A DNA stretch of 62,377 nucleotides from NCBI GenBank assembly GCA_050115495.1, contig JASFQK010000041.1, positions 1 to 62,377 on the forward strand, read 5' to 3'. Positions 17,018 to 26,968 of the stretch are shown piece by piece. The notes beneath the pieces are model-generated. The model was given only the letters and a program-made list of their open reading frames with translations, was not told the DNA's origin and did no database searches. The translations under genes were made by a program, and so were the position numbers. Position 1 is the first letter of the stretch, and every line of letters starts with the position of its first letter. Origin of the DNA: Phycisphaerae bacterium (lineage in GTDB: Bacteria > Planctomycetota > Phycisphaerae > UBA1845 > Fen-1342).

Positions 17018-19492
17018 CTACTCGTGGCGCAAGGCAACCAACGGATCGACTCGGGCCGCCCGCCGTGCGGGCACGTAGCCGGCGAGCAAGGCGACCGCCA
17101 GCAGCAACAGAGCGACGCCGGCGAAAGTCGCCGGATCGAGCGGGCTGGTCTTGTACAACAGCGACGTAAGCACGCGCGTGGCCGGGACGGCGGCCGTCAC
17201 GCCGATGAGCGTACCCACGGTGACGAGCATGAAACAGCGCTTGAGGATCAGCATGATGACCTTTCGGCTCTCGGCGCCCAAGGCGATCCGCACGCCGATC
17301 TCGTGCGTTCGGCAAACCACGGCATAAGCCATCACGCCGTACAGGCCGGCCGACGCCAGGCCCAGGGCGAGCAGGCCGAAGACGCTGAACAGGCCGGCGG
17401 CGAGTCTGGCCGGCAACATGACGTAGCTGATGAAATGCGTCAGGCGGCCCGTGTCCGCCGGCACGAGGTCGGGATCGAGTCCGCGCATGACCTCGCGTAC
17501 GCCGCCGAGGAGCGCGAGCGGATCACGCTCCGCCCGGACGAGCAGCACGGATACGTCGGTGTCGGGCCGCTGGGTCATGGGCAGGTAAACGTACGGCCGC
17601 GGCGGCTCGCCGGGCAGGCGGTACTTGATGGTCTCGGTCACGCCGACGACCTCGAGCCACGGTCCGTCGGGGCCGGTGGTGCTGATGTGCCGGCCGAGAG
17701 GGTCGACGTCGGGCCAGAACCTGTCGACGAAGGCCTGATTGACGATGGCGACGCCGGGAGCGTCCGGCGTGTCGTGGATGTTGAAGTCGCGGCCACGAAG
17801 CAACGCGATATCCAGGTTGTCGAAGTGGCCGGGCGTGACCACGCTGTTGTCGAGATCGACGGAGGTATCCCTCGGCCGGCCGCCGGCCGCCTCCGCGATC
17901 CAGTACTCGCGTGAGGACGTCCCCGGGCCCAGCGCCGGGCAGGTCTCGATGCTGACCGAGCGGACGCTGGGTTGTTCGCGCGTGCGGTCGACGAGCTGGG
18001 CAACAAGTTCGGCCTTGGCTGCCGACGTCGTGTCCCGGCCGCCGAGCTCGAGCATGACATACAGGATGTGCTCGTGCTCGAAACCGGGGTCGAGGGCTTG
18101 TGCTTTCTGAAGGCTGCGGGTGAACAGGCCGGCGCAGATGAGCAATACGCAGGAGACGGCGACCTGGCAGATGACGAGCGCGTTTCGCGAGCGCTGGGCG
18201 GGTTGGCCGACCGTGCTGCCCCAGGCGGCGCCCCCTTTCAGTACGGGCGCCACATGGACGCGCGTCGCGTGCAGCGCCGGCCACAGACCGAAGATGACAC
18301 CCGTGATCAACGACACGACCAGCGTGAAAGCCAATACGCGAAGGTCGGGGTGCACGTCGAGATTGGCCGCCACACCGAAGGGAAGGTTTGGCAGGAGCCG
18401 CAGGGCTGCGTCGAGCGTCCAGACCGCCAGCAAAATGCCCACGCCGCCGCCCAGGACGGCGAGCAGCACGCTCTCGACCAGCACGTGTTGGACGATCCGC
18501 CAGCGTGATGCGCCCAGCGCCAGGCGGATGCCGATTTCCCGGCGTCGTGTGCTGGCGCGGGCCAACAGGATATTCGCCACGTTGGCGCAGGCGATCAGCA
18601 GGACGAGTCCGGCCATGGCCAGGACGAGCAGCGAGATCGCCAGAACAATGCTGCGGATCTCGGGCGTTAGCGAAACCACACCGCTGACGGGCAGCAGCAC
18701 CGCGCGGTCGTAGTCCGCGGGCTGCTCGTGCTGAGCGATGACCTGCGGGGCGATGACGTCCAGGCGAGCCCGGGCCTGCTGGAGCGACAGGTCGGGCGGA
18801 AGGCGGCCGATCACCTGGAGCCAGTCGGATTCGCGCTGCTCCAGCGTACCCGCATCCCCGGGCCGAACCTGGTCGAGCATCGCCATCGGCACCCACAGAT
18901 CCGGCACAACGATGGTCATGGCGCCACTGAAGCCGACGGCCGCAACGCCGACGATCGTGAAGGGCCTCCCGGCGATGAGCAGGTGTTGACCGATGACTTG
19001 AGGATCCGCCTGCCACGCGGTCCGCCAGTAGCGGTCCGACAGGACCACCACGGGATGTCCGCCGGGAACTTCGTCGTCGGCCTCGGTGAGCAGGCGGCCC
19101 AACTGCGGCTCGGCACCGAGTGTCTGGAAGTAGTTGCCGGTGATGATCTGGCCGAAGCGAATGCTGGTGGCGTCGCCGCGGCCCATGCTGAGAGGCAGCA
19201 TGCTGTAGGCGGCCAGTTCGTCGAACAGGTCCTGGTTCGCGCGGTAATCGCGGTAGTCGGGGTAGGACATCGTGATGCCGGCCAGCCCCTGCGTCGTGTG
19301 GCGCTGGAGAGAGACGAGCCGTTTGCCGTACGGGCCGGGCAGCGGCCGGAACAGGACGGTGTTGACCAGGCTGAACATGGCGGTGTTCACGCCGATGCCA
19401 AGGGCGAGGGTCAGGATCACGAGCAAGGCAAAGCCGGGAGCCCGCCCGAGCGTGCGGCCGGCATGGCGAATATCCTGGAGCAGAGAGCTCAT
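17018..19492 (-). CDS. double MacB/FtsX ABC permease P12
   Basis: Start MSSLLQDIR after GGGAGG; same motif set; ends DPLVALRHE. Confidence 0.95.
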   Translation of the reverse strand: MSSLLQDIRHAGRTLGRAPGFALLVILTLALGIGVNTAMFSLVNTVLFRPLPGPYGKRLVSLQRHTTQGLAGITMSYPDYRDYRANQDLFDELAAYSMLPLSMGRGDATSIRFGQIITGNYFQTLGAEPQLGRLLTEADDEVPGGHPVVVLSDRYWRTAWQADPQVIGQHLLIAGRPFTIVGVAAVGFSGAMTIVVPDLWVPMAMLDQVRPGDAGTLEQRESDWLQVIGRLPPDLSLQQARARLDVIAPQVIAQHEQPADYDRAVLLPVSGVVSLTPEIRSIVLAISLLVLAMAGLVLLIACANVANILLARASTRRREIGIRLALGASRWRIVQHVLVESVLLAVLGGGVGILLAVWTLDAALRLLPNLPFGVAANLDVHPDLRVLAFTLVVSLITGVIFGLWPALHATRVHVAPVLKGGAAWGSTVGQPAQRSRNALVICQVAVSCVLLICAGLFTRSLQKAQALDPGFEHEHILYVMLELGGRDTTSAAKAELVAQLVDRTREQPSVRSVSIETCPALGPGTSSREYWIAEAAGGRPRDTSVDLDNSVVTPGHFDNLDIALLRGRDFNIHDTPDAPGVAIVNQAFVDRFWPDVDPLGRHISTTGPDGPWLEVVGVTETIKYRLPGEPPRPYVYLPMTQRPDTDVSVLLVRAERDPLALLGGVREVMRGLDPDLVPADTGRLTHFISYVMLPARLAAGLFSVFGLLALGLASAGLYGVMAYAVVCRTHEIGVRIALGAESRKVIMLILKRCFMLVTVGTLIGVTAAVPATRVLTSLLYKTSPLDPATFAGVALLLLAVALLAGYVPARRAARVDPLVALRHE

Positions 19493-19503
19493 CGCGGCCT
19501 CCC

Positions 19504-22008
19504 TCATTCACATCGCAGGGCCACCATCGGATCGACTCTGGTCGCCCGGCGAGCAGGTAGATAACAGGCCAGAACGGCGACGACGGCGAGCAGTCCGGCG
19601 ACGCCTACGAACGTGGTCGCATCCGTCACTTCAACGCCGTAGAGGAAGCTGGCCAGAAGGCGCGTCGCCGCGAGGGAAACGGCCAGTCCGATGGCCAGCC
19701 CGACGCCGGCAAGCATCAGTCCGCGGCCGAGTACGGCACGTAACACGTCGGCGCGTCGCGCCCCCAGGGCCATGCGGACGCCGATCTCATGCGTGCTCTG
19801 GCTGACGATGTGGGCCAGGACCGCGTATAGGCCGACGACCGCCAGCACGAGCGCAATACCGGCGAAGACCACCAGCAGCGCGAGAGAGAACCGGCGTTGC
19901 GAGAGGATGTCGGACAGGCGCTGCTCCATCGTGGCGACCTGCATCAGCGGCCTGTCCTTGTCGAGGCTCCAGACTTCCTTCGCAACGGCATTGACCAACG
20001 CCTCGGGATCGGTGGAGGTGCAGACCGTCAGGTACATCCCCCGCTGGGCCCACTGCGGATACGGCCGGTAGTAGGTCATTGTCGGGAGCGAGTCGAGGTC
20101 CGATTGCCTCACGGCGCCGACGACGCCGACGACCGTCAGCCAGGAGAGCTGTGAGCCCGGCCACGGAGCTTTGATCCGCCTGCCGATGGCAGTTTCGGAG
20201 GGCCAGAAGCGTCTGGCGAAGGTCTCGTCGACGATGACCACGGGCAGGCTGTCGGAGGTGTCGTACTCGTTGAAGAATCGCCCGGCGATCAGCGGGATCT
20301 TCATGGTCTCGAAGTAGTCCCGGAGAACGACGCGCTCGTCAGCCGTGGTGCACGTGTCCTCATCCGCCGGTAGCTGGCCCTCGACGGCGACGGGGCCCGT
20401 GCAATCCCCGGGCGTCATGGGCAGTACGTTCACTCCGCCGACAGATTCCACGCCCGGCAGCGCGGCGATGCGCTGGCCGACTTCGTCGAAGAAGGCGGCG
20501 TGCCTAGCCATGTCCCTCCCGTAGTCCGGATTCGGCGGCAACTGAAACGTCAACACGTTGTCGGGCGCGAACCCCGGGTCCACGCTCTGTAACCTGCAGA
20601 AACTGTGAATGAGCAGGCCGGCACCGATCAGCAGAATGACCGAGAGACTGAGTTCACCCACGACCAGCAGATGCCGGGCGTCGCTGCGCCAATGCCAGAA
20701 GGAGCCCGCGCCGACGGCGCTGCGCGGCCCTTCGCGAAGCGTCTGTTCCAGACCCATGCGCGACGCGGTCCACGCGGGCACGAGCCCGAAGATGATACCC
20801 GTGAGCACGGACAGGCCCAGGGTGAACGTCACGACCGAGACACTGACGCCCACCTCGTTGATCCGCGGTATCTTCTCGGCGCCGATCGCCAGGAGCAGCG
20901 ATGTGCCCCAGGAGCCGAGCAGCAAGCCGCCACCGCCGCCCAGCACCGACAGCAGGATCGCCTCGGTCAGGAGCTGACGCATGATGCGCAGGCGGCTCGC
21001 GCCGAGAGCCAGGCGCATCCCGATCTCTTTGCGGCGTTTCGTCGCCCGTGCCAGCAGCAGGTTGGCGATGTTCGCGCACGCGATCAGCAGCACCAGGGCC
21101 ACCGCCCCGCTGAACGACCACAGGGCCGGTCGCACCGCCCGTACCACGAGATCGTCCATGGGCAGGACATCGACGGTGAAGCCGGCCTGGGTCGGATAGA
21201 AATCCGGGTGTTGCTGAACCATGCGGCCGACCAGCAGACGCAGTTCCGCCCTGGCGTCTGCGAGGGTGACGCCGTAAGCCAGGCGGGCGAACAGGCGGTA
21301 GTTCTGGCGACCGTGCTCGTAGCGGTCCGCGGCGCTCAGCGAGAGCGGTATCCAGTAGTCGATCCTGGCCGCCGGGTCGCGGAACATCGGCAGGTACGCG
21401 CGCGTGGCGGGGAAGTCCTCCGCCAATACGCCGATGACGCCGTAGCTCTGGCCGTCGAGTTCAAGGAGCGTGCCGATCACGCCGGGATCGCAGCCGAAGC
21501 GGCGTTGCCACAGGGCGTGACTTAGGACGATCGTATGCGGCCTGCCCGGGTCATCATCTGCCGGCGAGAACACGCGGCCGAGCGCCGGCTTCGCACCCAG
21601 TGTCGCCAGACACCATGCGGAAGCACGCATACCGCGGACCCGCTCGGGAACACCGCCCTCCGTGAGCGTGAAAGAATGCGTATGGAGAATGGCGACGTCG
21701 TCGAAGACACGGGACTGGTCCTTGATCTCGAAGTACATGGCCGGCGAGAAGACACCGTCCTCGTCGTTGAACAGGTCTCCCAAGACGAGCCCCTCCCCGT
21801 TCAGCCCGGGAAGCCGGCTCCACAGCACGACCAGATGGTCCGCATCGGCGAAAGGCAAGGGTCGCAGCAGAACGCCGTGAACGACACTGAAGATCGCCGT
21901 GCTGGCACCGATGCCCAGCGACAGCGTCAGGATGACGACGAGGGCAAAGCCGGGGGAGCGCCACAGCGTTCGGGCGGCGTAACGCAGGTCCTGAAGCAGC
22001 GCGCTCAT
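19504..22008 (-). CDS. double MacB/FtsX ABC permease P11
   Basis: 834 aa; same motif set; ends DPMVALRCE. Confidence 0.95.
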   Translation of the reverse strand: MSALLQDLRYAARTLWRSPGFALVVILTLSLGIGASTAIFSVVHGVLLRPLPFADADHLVVLWSRLPGLNGEGLVLGDLFNDEDGVFSPAMYFEIKDQSRVFDDVAILHTHSFTLTEGGVPERVRGMRASAWCLATLGAKPALGRVFSPADDDPGRPHTIVLSHALWQRRFGCDPGVIGTLLELDGQSYGVIGVLAEDFPATRAYLPMFRDPAARIDYWIPLSLSAADRYEHGRQNYRLFARLAYGVTLADARAELRLLVGRMVQQHPDFYPTQAGFTVDVLPMDDLVVRAVRPALWSFSGAVALVLLIACANIANLLLARATKRRKEIGMRLALGASRLRIMRQLLTEAILLSVLGGGGGLLLGSWGTSLLLAIGAEKIPRINEVGVSVSVVTFTLGLSVLTGIIFGLVPAWTASRMGLEQTLREGPRSAVGAGSFWHWRSDARHLLVVGELSLSVILLIGAGLLIHSFCRLQSVDPGFAPDNVLTFQLPPNPDYGRDMARHAAFFDEVGQRIAALPGVESVGGVNVLPMTPGDCTGPVAVEGQLPADEDTCTTADERVVLRDYFETMKIPLIAGRFFNEYDTSDSLPVVIVDETFARRFWPSETAIGRRIKAPWPGSQLSWLTVVGVVGAVRQSDLDSLPTMTYYRPYPQWAQRGMYLTVCTSTDPEALVNAVAKEVWSLDKDRPLMQVATMEQRLSDILSQRRFSLALLVVFAGIALVLAVVGLYAVLAHIVSQSTHEIGVRMALGARRADVLRAVLGRGLMLAGVGLAIGLAVSLAATRLLASFLYGVEVTDATTFVGVAGLLAVVAVLACYLPARRATRVDPMVALRCE

Positions 22009-22018
22009 GGGGTCATCC

Positions 22019-24493
22019 TCACTCGCAGCGCAGCGCCACCATCGGATCGACTCTGGTTGCCCGGCGGACGGGGACGTAGCCCGCGAGCAACGCCACCAGT
22101 GTCGACAGCAGCGCGACGCCGATGAAGGTCACCGGATCGATCGGGCTGACGCCGAACAACAGCGATCCCAGCCACTGCGTCGCCACGCCCGCGATCGCGA
22201 GACCGGCCAACGTGCCGACGGCCGTCAGGAAGGCGCAGCGTTTGAGCACCAGGGCGACGATGTTGCGACGTTCTGCGCCGAGGGCGACGCGGACGCCGAT
22301 CTCGTGCGTTCGGCAGGCGACCGCGTAGGCCATCACGCCGTAGAGACCGACGGAAGCCAAACCGAGAGCCAGCAGGCCGAACAGGCCGAACAGACCGGCG
22401 GCGAACCTGGCAGGCAGCAGCACGTAGCCGATGAGATCCGTGAGCCGGCCGACGCTGGTGGGCGCCATCTCCGGATCGAGCTCGGCCATGACGTGACGTA
22501 CGTCGGCGACGTGCGCGAGAGGATCGTCCGCCGCCCGAACGAGCAGAACGCATGTCGTGGCGTTCGGTTGCTGGGCAAAGCGCAGGTAGACGTACGGGCG
22601 TGGCGACTCGCTGGGCATTCGGTACTTGATGGTCTCGGTGACGCCGACGATTTCGAGCAGCGGTTCGCCGGGGCCGTGCGTGGTGATGTGCTTGCCGACG
22701 GCGTCCTGGCCCGGCCAGAAGCGGTCGACGAAGGCTTGGTTGACGATGGCCACGCCGGGGGCATCCGCTGTGTCCTGTATGGTGAATTCGCGGCCGCGCA
22801 GCAGCGTGATGCCGAGATTCGCCAGGTGACCGGGAGTGATGGTACTGCCGTCCAGATCGAAGAAGGCGTCGTCGGGCGACACGCCGACGACGCCCGGAAT
22901 CCAGTAGCTGCGCGTGGACATCATCGGGCCGAGGGCCGGGCAGTCCTCGACGCTCGCGGACTCGACGCCCGGCAGGCCGCGGGTGCGGTCGACGAGCTGG
23001 GCCAGCAGTTCCGCCTTGGCGGCGGGTTCGGTGTTGCGCCCGCCGAGCTCGAGCATGATCGATAGGATGTTCTCGTGCTCAAACCCAAGGTCCATGGACT
23101 GGGCGTTCATGAGGCTCCGGACGAAGAGCCCGGCGCAGACGAGCAACACGCACGACACGGCCACCTGTGACAGAACGAGGGCGCTACGCAGGCGGTTGCC
23201 GGACCGCCTCAGACCACCGCCCCAGCCCGCCCCCTCCTTCAACGTCGGCGCCACGTTGACGCTCGTGGCCTGTAGCGACGGCAGCAGGCCGAACAGCAGG
23301 CCCGTGAGCAGCGAGACACACGCCGTGAAGAGGAGAGTGCGGCCGTCGGGCCGTAAGTCCAGCTCGGAGCCGATGCGCAGCGGCAGGTTGGGCAGGAACC
23401 GCATGGCACCATCGAGGGCCCACGTGGCTAGCAGCACGCCGACGGCGCCACCCAGGAAGGCCAGCAGCACGCTCTCCACGAGCAGTTGCCGCACGATCCG
23501 CCAACGCGAGGCGCCGAGCGCGAGGCGAATGCCGATCTCCTTGCGCCGCGTGCTGGCCCGGGCCAGCAGGACGTTCGCGACGTTGGCACAGGCGATGACG
23601 AGGATGAGCCCCACGACGGCGAGCACGAGCCCCGAGACCCCGATGACGGTGCTACGCTGGTCGGGCGTCAGCGGCACGGCCCCCGTCGCCGGCACGAGCG
23701 CTACACGGTCGTATTGCCCCGGGCTGGTGCGTTTGGCCACGATGCGCGGAGCGATCACGTCGAGCCGGGCCTGGGCCTGCTCGGGCGAGACGCCCTGCTG
23801 CAAGCAGCCGAGCACCTGGACCCAGTTCGACTGCCGCGCTTCGAGGCCGCCGGCCATCTCCGGCCGCACCTGCGCCACCATCATCAGCGGCACCCACAAG
23901 TCCGGCCCCCAGGCGCGCACGGCGCCGTTGAATCCCGGCGGAGCCACGCCGACGATCGTGAACGGCTGGCCGGCGATGAGCATCTCCTGCCCGACGGCCT
24001 GCGGATCGGCCTGCCACGCCGTCTGCCAGCAACGATACGACAGCACGGCGACGGGATGTCCGCCAGGCGTCTCGTTGTCGGCGTCGTTGAGCAGCCGGCC
24101 GAGGTGGGGTTTCGCGCCGAGCATGCGGAAGTAGTTGCCCTCGACGACCTGTCCCATGCGAACCGCGGCGCCGTCGCCGCGCCCAACACACATGGGCAGC
24201 ATGCCGAACGCGGTCAGATCGGCGAAGACGTCGCGGCTTTCGCGGTAATCGGTGAAGTCTGGATAGGACATTGCCATCCGGCCCATTCCGCGCGCAGACC
24301 AGCGCTGGAGGAACATCAGCCGGTCGGCGTTGGGGCCGGGCAGCGGACGAAACAGCGCCGCGTTGACCAGGCTCAACATGGCTGTGTTCGCGCCGATGCC
24401 CAGGGCCAGCGTGATGATGACGACCAGGGCAAAGCCCGGCGACCGCCACAGCGTGCGGCCGGCGTAACGCAGATCCAGGAGCAGCGAACCCAT
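22019..24493 (-). CDS. double MacB/FtsX ABC permease P10
   Basis: Start MGSLLLDLRY after GAGGA, chosen by homology to the paralogues; ends DPMVALRCE. Confidence 0.95.
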   Translation of the reverse strand: MGSLLLDLRYAGRTLWRSPGFALVVIITLALGIGANTAMLSLVNAALFRPLPGPNADRLMFLQRWSARGMGRMAMSYPDFTDYRESRDVFADLTAFGMLPMCVGRGDGAAVRMGQVVEGNYFRMLGAKPHLGRLLNDADNETPGGHPVAVLSYRCWQTAWQADPQAVGQEMLIAGQPFTIVGVAPPGFNGAVRAWGPDLWVPLMMVAQVRPEMAGGLEARQSNWVQVLGCLQQGVSPEQAQARLDVIAPRIVAKRTSPGQYDRVALVPATGAVPLTPDQRSTVIGVSGLVLAVVGLILVIACANVANVLLARASTRRKEIGIRLALGASRWRIVRQLLVESVLLAFLGGAVGVLLATWALDGAMRFLPNLPLRIGSELDLRPDGRTLLFTACVSLLTGLLFGLLPSLQATSVNVAPTLKEGAGWGGGLRRSGNRLRSALVLSQVAVSCVLLVCAGLFVRSLMNAQSMDLGFEHENILSIMLELGGRNTEPAAKAELLAQLVDRTRGLPGVESASVEDCPALGPMMSTRSYWIPGVVGVSPDDAFFDLDGSTITPGHLANLGITLLRGREFTIQDTADAPGVAIVNQAFVDRFWPGQDAVGKHITTHGPGEPLLEIVGVTETIKYRMPSESPRPYVYLRFAQQPNATTCVLLVRAADDPLAHVADVRHVMAELDPEMAPTSVGRLTDLIGYVLLPARFAAGLFGLFGLLALGLASVGLYGVMAYAVACRTHEIGVRVALGAERRNIVALVLKRCAFLTAVGTLAGLAIAGVATQWLGSLLFGVSPIDPVTFIGVALLSTLVALLAGYVPVRRATRVDPMVALRCE

Positions 24494-24504
24494 GCGTGAT
24501 TTCC

Positions 24505-26958
24505 TCACTCGCAGCGTAATGCGATCATCGGATCCACTTTCGTCGCCCGGCGCGCCGGGAGGTAGCCGGCCAACGCTGCCACGGCGAGAAGCACCGCGCT
24601 GACGCCCGCGTACGCCGCCGGGTCTATGCCGCTCACGCGGTACAAGAGCGATTGAATCGCCAGTCCCACGGGAACGGAGAGCGCCAGCCCGATGACGATT
24701 CCGAGCGCGTCCAGCCTCAGGCAACGCTGGAGTACGAGCCACAGGACCCGGCCGCGATCAGCACCCAGCGCCATGCGAATGCCGATCTCATGCGTCCGCT
24801 GCACGACGCTGTACGACATCACGCCATAGAGGCCGATGCAGGTCAGACTCAGGGCCAGTGCTGCCATGCCGGCCAGGAAGGCCGCCACCATGCGGTCGTC
24901 ACGGCAGAACCGGTACATGATCTCGTCCACCGTGGCGAAATCCTGCACGGGGACGCCCGCGTCGATCTCGTGGATCGCCTGCCGCGCCGCCGCAACAGCA
25001 TCCTTCGGCGGGCCGGTGGTGCGGACGGCGAGGTGCATGTCCGGACGAACGCACTGGGCCAGTGGGACGTACAGCGTTGGGCGGGGCGGGGCGGGGTTGC
25101 TGCCTTCCATAGAATGGCCGATGTCCCCCACGACGCCGACGATCGTGAGTGTCTTGGGTTCCGCGCGGTCCTGTGACCGGTCCTGTCCCAGCGTGAGCAT
25201 CAACTGCCAGCCAAGGGGATCCTGGCCGGGCCAGTAGCGGTTGGCCATGCGTTGGTTGATGACCGCGACCGGTTCTCCGTCGGTCTGGTCGTGCTCGGCG
25301 AAGAACCGCCCGCGGACAAGCGGTGCCTGCAGTGTCTCGAAGAAGCCCGGGCTCACCGGCTGGCAGCCATGGACGTCTGCGGCACTCTCCAGTGGTTGCT
25401 CTGCAAAGTCCGGAATGTCGATGCGTGCGCCGATCACGGAACCCCTGATGACAGGCAGAGAGAAGGCGGCCCCGGCGCGTTCGATCCCGGGGACGGACTC
25501 GAGTCGTTCGAGAGCTTCGCCGTAGAAGGCGGCCTGCTGGGCCGCAGTGGCGTAACGGTGCGCAGGCAACTCGACTTCGAGCGTGAGTAGCCGCGAGGTG
25601 TCGTAGCCGAAGTCGACCGTCCGGTACGCGGCCAGGTGGCGCAGGGTCAGCCCGCAGCAGATCAGCAACGGCATGGCGATGGCGAGTTGCCCAACGACCA
25701 AGGCGCTGCGCAGGCGGTTTCTCGCCCGACCTCCCACAGCATCGCCCTGTCCGTCCTTCAATGTCTCGTTGACCGACACGCGTGAGGACAGCAGCGCCGG
25801 CGCCAGCCCGAAGACCAGCGCGGCCAGGGTTGATATGGCCAGGGCGTGGACCAGAACCGGCCAGCTCAGGGCAACCTCTTCGCGCCGCAGCGACATGTCC
25901 GGCAGCCAGGTGACCAGGGCATCGACAACCCAAGTGCCGAGAGTCACGCCGAGGGCGCCGCCCAGTAAGGCCAACAGGAGGCTTTCGGTGAGCACCTGGC
26001 GAATCAACCGCAGGCGTCCGGCCCCCAGCGCCGTCCGCATGGCGAACTCCCTGGCACGCGAAGCCGCCTTGGCCAACAGCAGGTTGGCAAGATTCGCACA
26101 GGCGATCAGGAGTATCAGTCCCACGGCGGCGAGCAACGCGAGATTGCCCGCGCGGTCCGAGGGGGACACCAGGTATTCCAGCAACGGTGTGATCACAACG
26201 GCGATCTTGTCGTTGGTGGCCGGATAAGCCTCGGCCAGACGGGCAGCGATGCCGTTCATTTCCGTCCGGGCCTGCTCGACCGTCGTGCCGGGAGCCAGCC
26301 GGGCGATGCTCGTGTAGCGGATGTGCTCGCCGCGTTTCCAGGTCGGGTCGATGCGCACGGGCGTCAGCACGTCGGGCTCATACCACAGTCTCGGCACGCT
26401 GTATTCCCGCGGCAGCACGCCGATGATCGTGTACGGTTTGCCGTCCAAGACGATCGTCCGGCCCAGCACCTGTGGGTCCGAGGCGAATTTCCGCTGCCAG
26501 AACTTCTCCGCCAGCAGCACCACGCGGGGCGCCGACGGCGCGTCTTCCTCCTTCGTGTGCAGGCGGCCCAGCACGGGCCGCATGCCCAGCATCGGCAGCA
26601 GATTGGCACTGGCCCGCGTCTCGCGGATCTGCTCGGGCTCGCCCTGCCCCGTGAACGTGACCGTACGATCCTGTCGCAATCCGATGTCGGAGAACGAGCG
26701 TGCCTGCTTGCGCCAATCGCGGCAGTCGACGGGACAGATGCCCACGTGCGCGCGGTCCTCAGCAGTGCGCGTGATCACCATCAGCCGGTCCACGTCGGCG
26801 AAGTGCTGCGGCGCACCCTGCTCCGCCTTGACCAGGGTGAACATGGCGGTGTTCACGCCGACACCCAGGGCCAGTGTCAGCAGCGCCACCGCAGTCGTGA
26901 CCGGTGTCTTGATGAGCATGCGCCAGGCGTATTGCACGTCTGCGAGCAATCCGCTCAT
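24505..26958 (-). CDS. double MacB/FtsX ABC permease P9
   Basis: 817 aa; same motif set but more divergent; ends DPMIALRCE. Confidence 0.95.
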   Translation of the reverse strand: MSGLLADVQYAWRMLIKTPVTTAVALLTLALGVGVNTAMFTLVKAEQGAPQHFADVDRLMVITRTAEDRAHVGICPVDCRDWRKQARSFSDIGLRQDRTVTFTGQGEPEQIRETRASANLLPMLGMRPVLGRLHTKEEDAPSAPRVVLLAEKFWQRKFASDPQVLGRTIVLDGKPYTIIGVLPREYSVPRLWYEPDVLTPVRIDPTWKRGEHIRYTSIARLAPGTTVEQARTEMNGIAARLAEAYPATNDKIAVVITPLLEYLVSPSDRAGNLALLAAVGLILLIACANLANLLLAKAASRAREFAMRTALGAGRLRLIRQVLTESLLLALLGGALGVTLGTWVVDALVTWLPDMSLRREEVALSWPVLVHALAISTLAALVFGLAPALLSSRVSVNETLKDGQGDAVGGRARNRLRSALVVGQLAIAMPLLICCGLTLRHLAAYRTVDFGYDTSRLLTLEVELPAHRYATAAQQAAFYGEALERLESVPGIERAGAAFSLPVIRGSVIGARIDIPDFAEQPLESAADVHGCQPVSPGFFETLQAPLVRGRFFAEHDQTDGEPVAVINQRMANRYWPGQDPLGWQLMLTLGQDRSQDRAEPKTLTIVGVVGDIGHSMEGSNPAPPRPTLYVPLAQCVRPDMHLAVRTTGPPKDAVAAARQAIHEIDAGVPVQDFATVDEIMYRFCRDDRMVAAFLAGMAALALSLTCIGLYGVMSYSVVQRTHEIGIRMALGADRGRVLWLVLQRCLRLDALGIVIGLALSVPVGLAIQSLLYRVSGIDPAAYAGVSAVLLAVAALAGYLPARRATKVDPMIALRCE

Positions 26959-26968
26959 CTCGTGCCTC

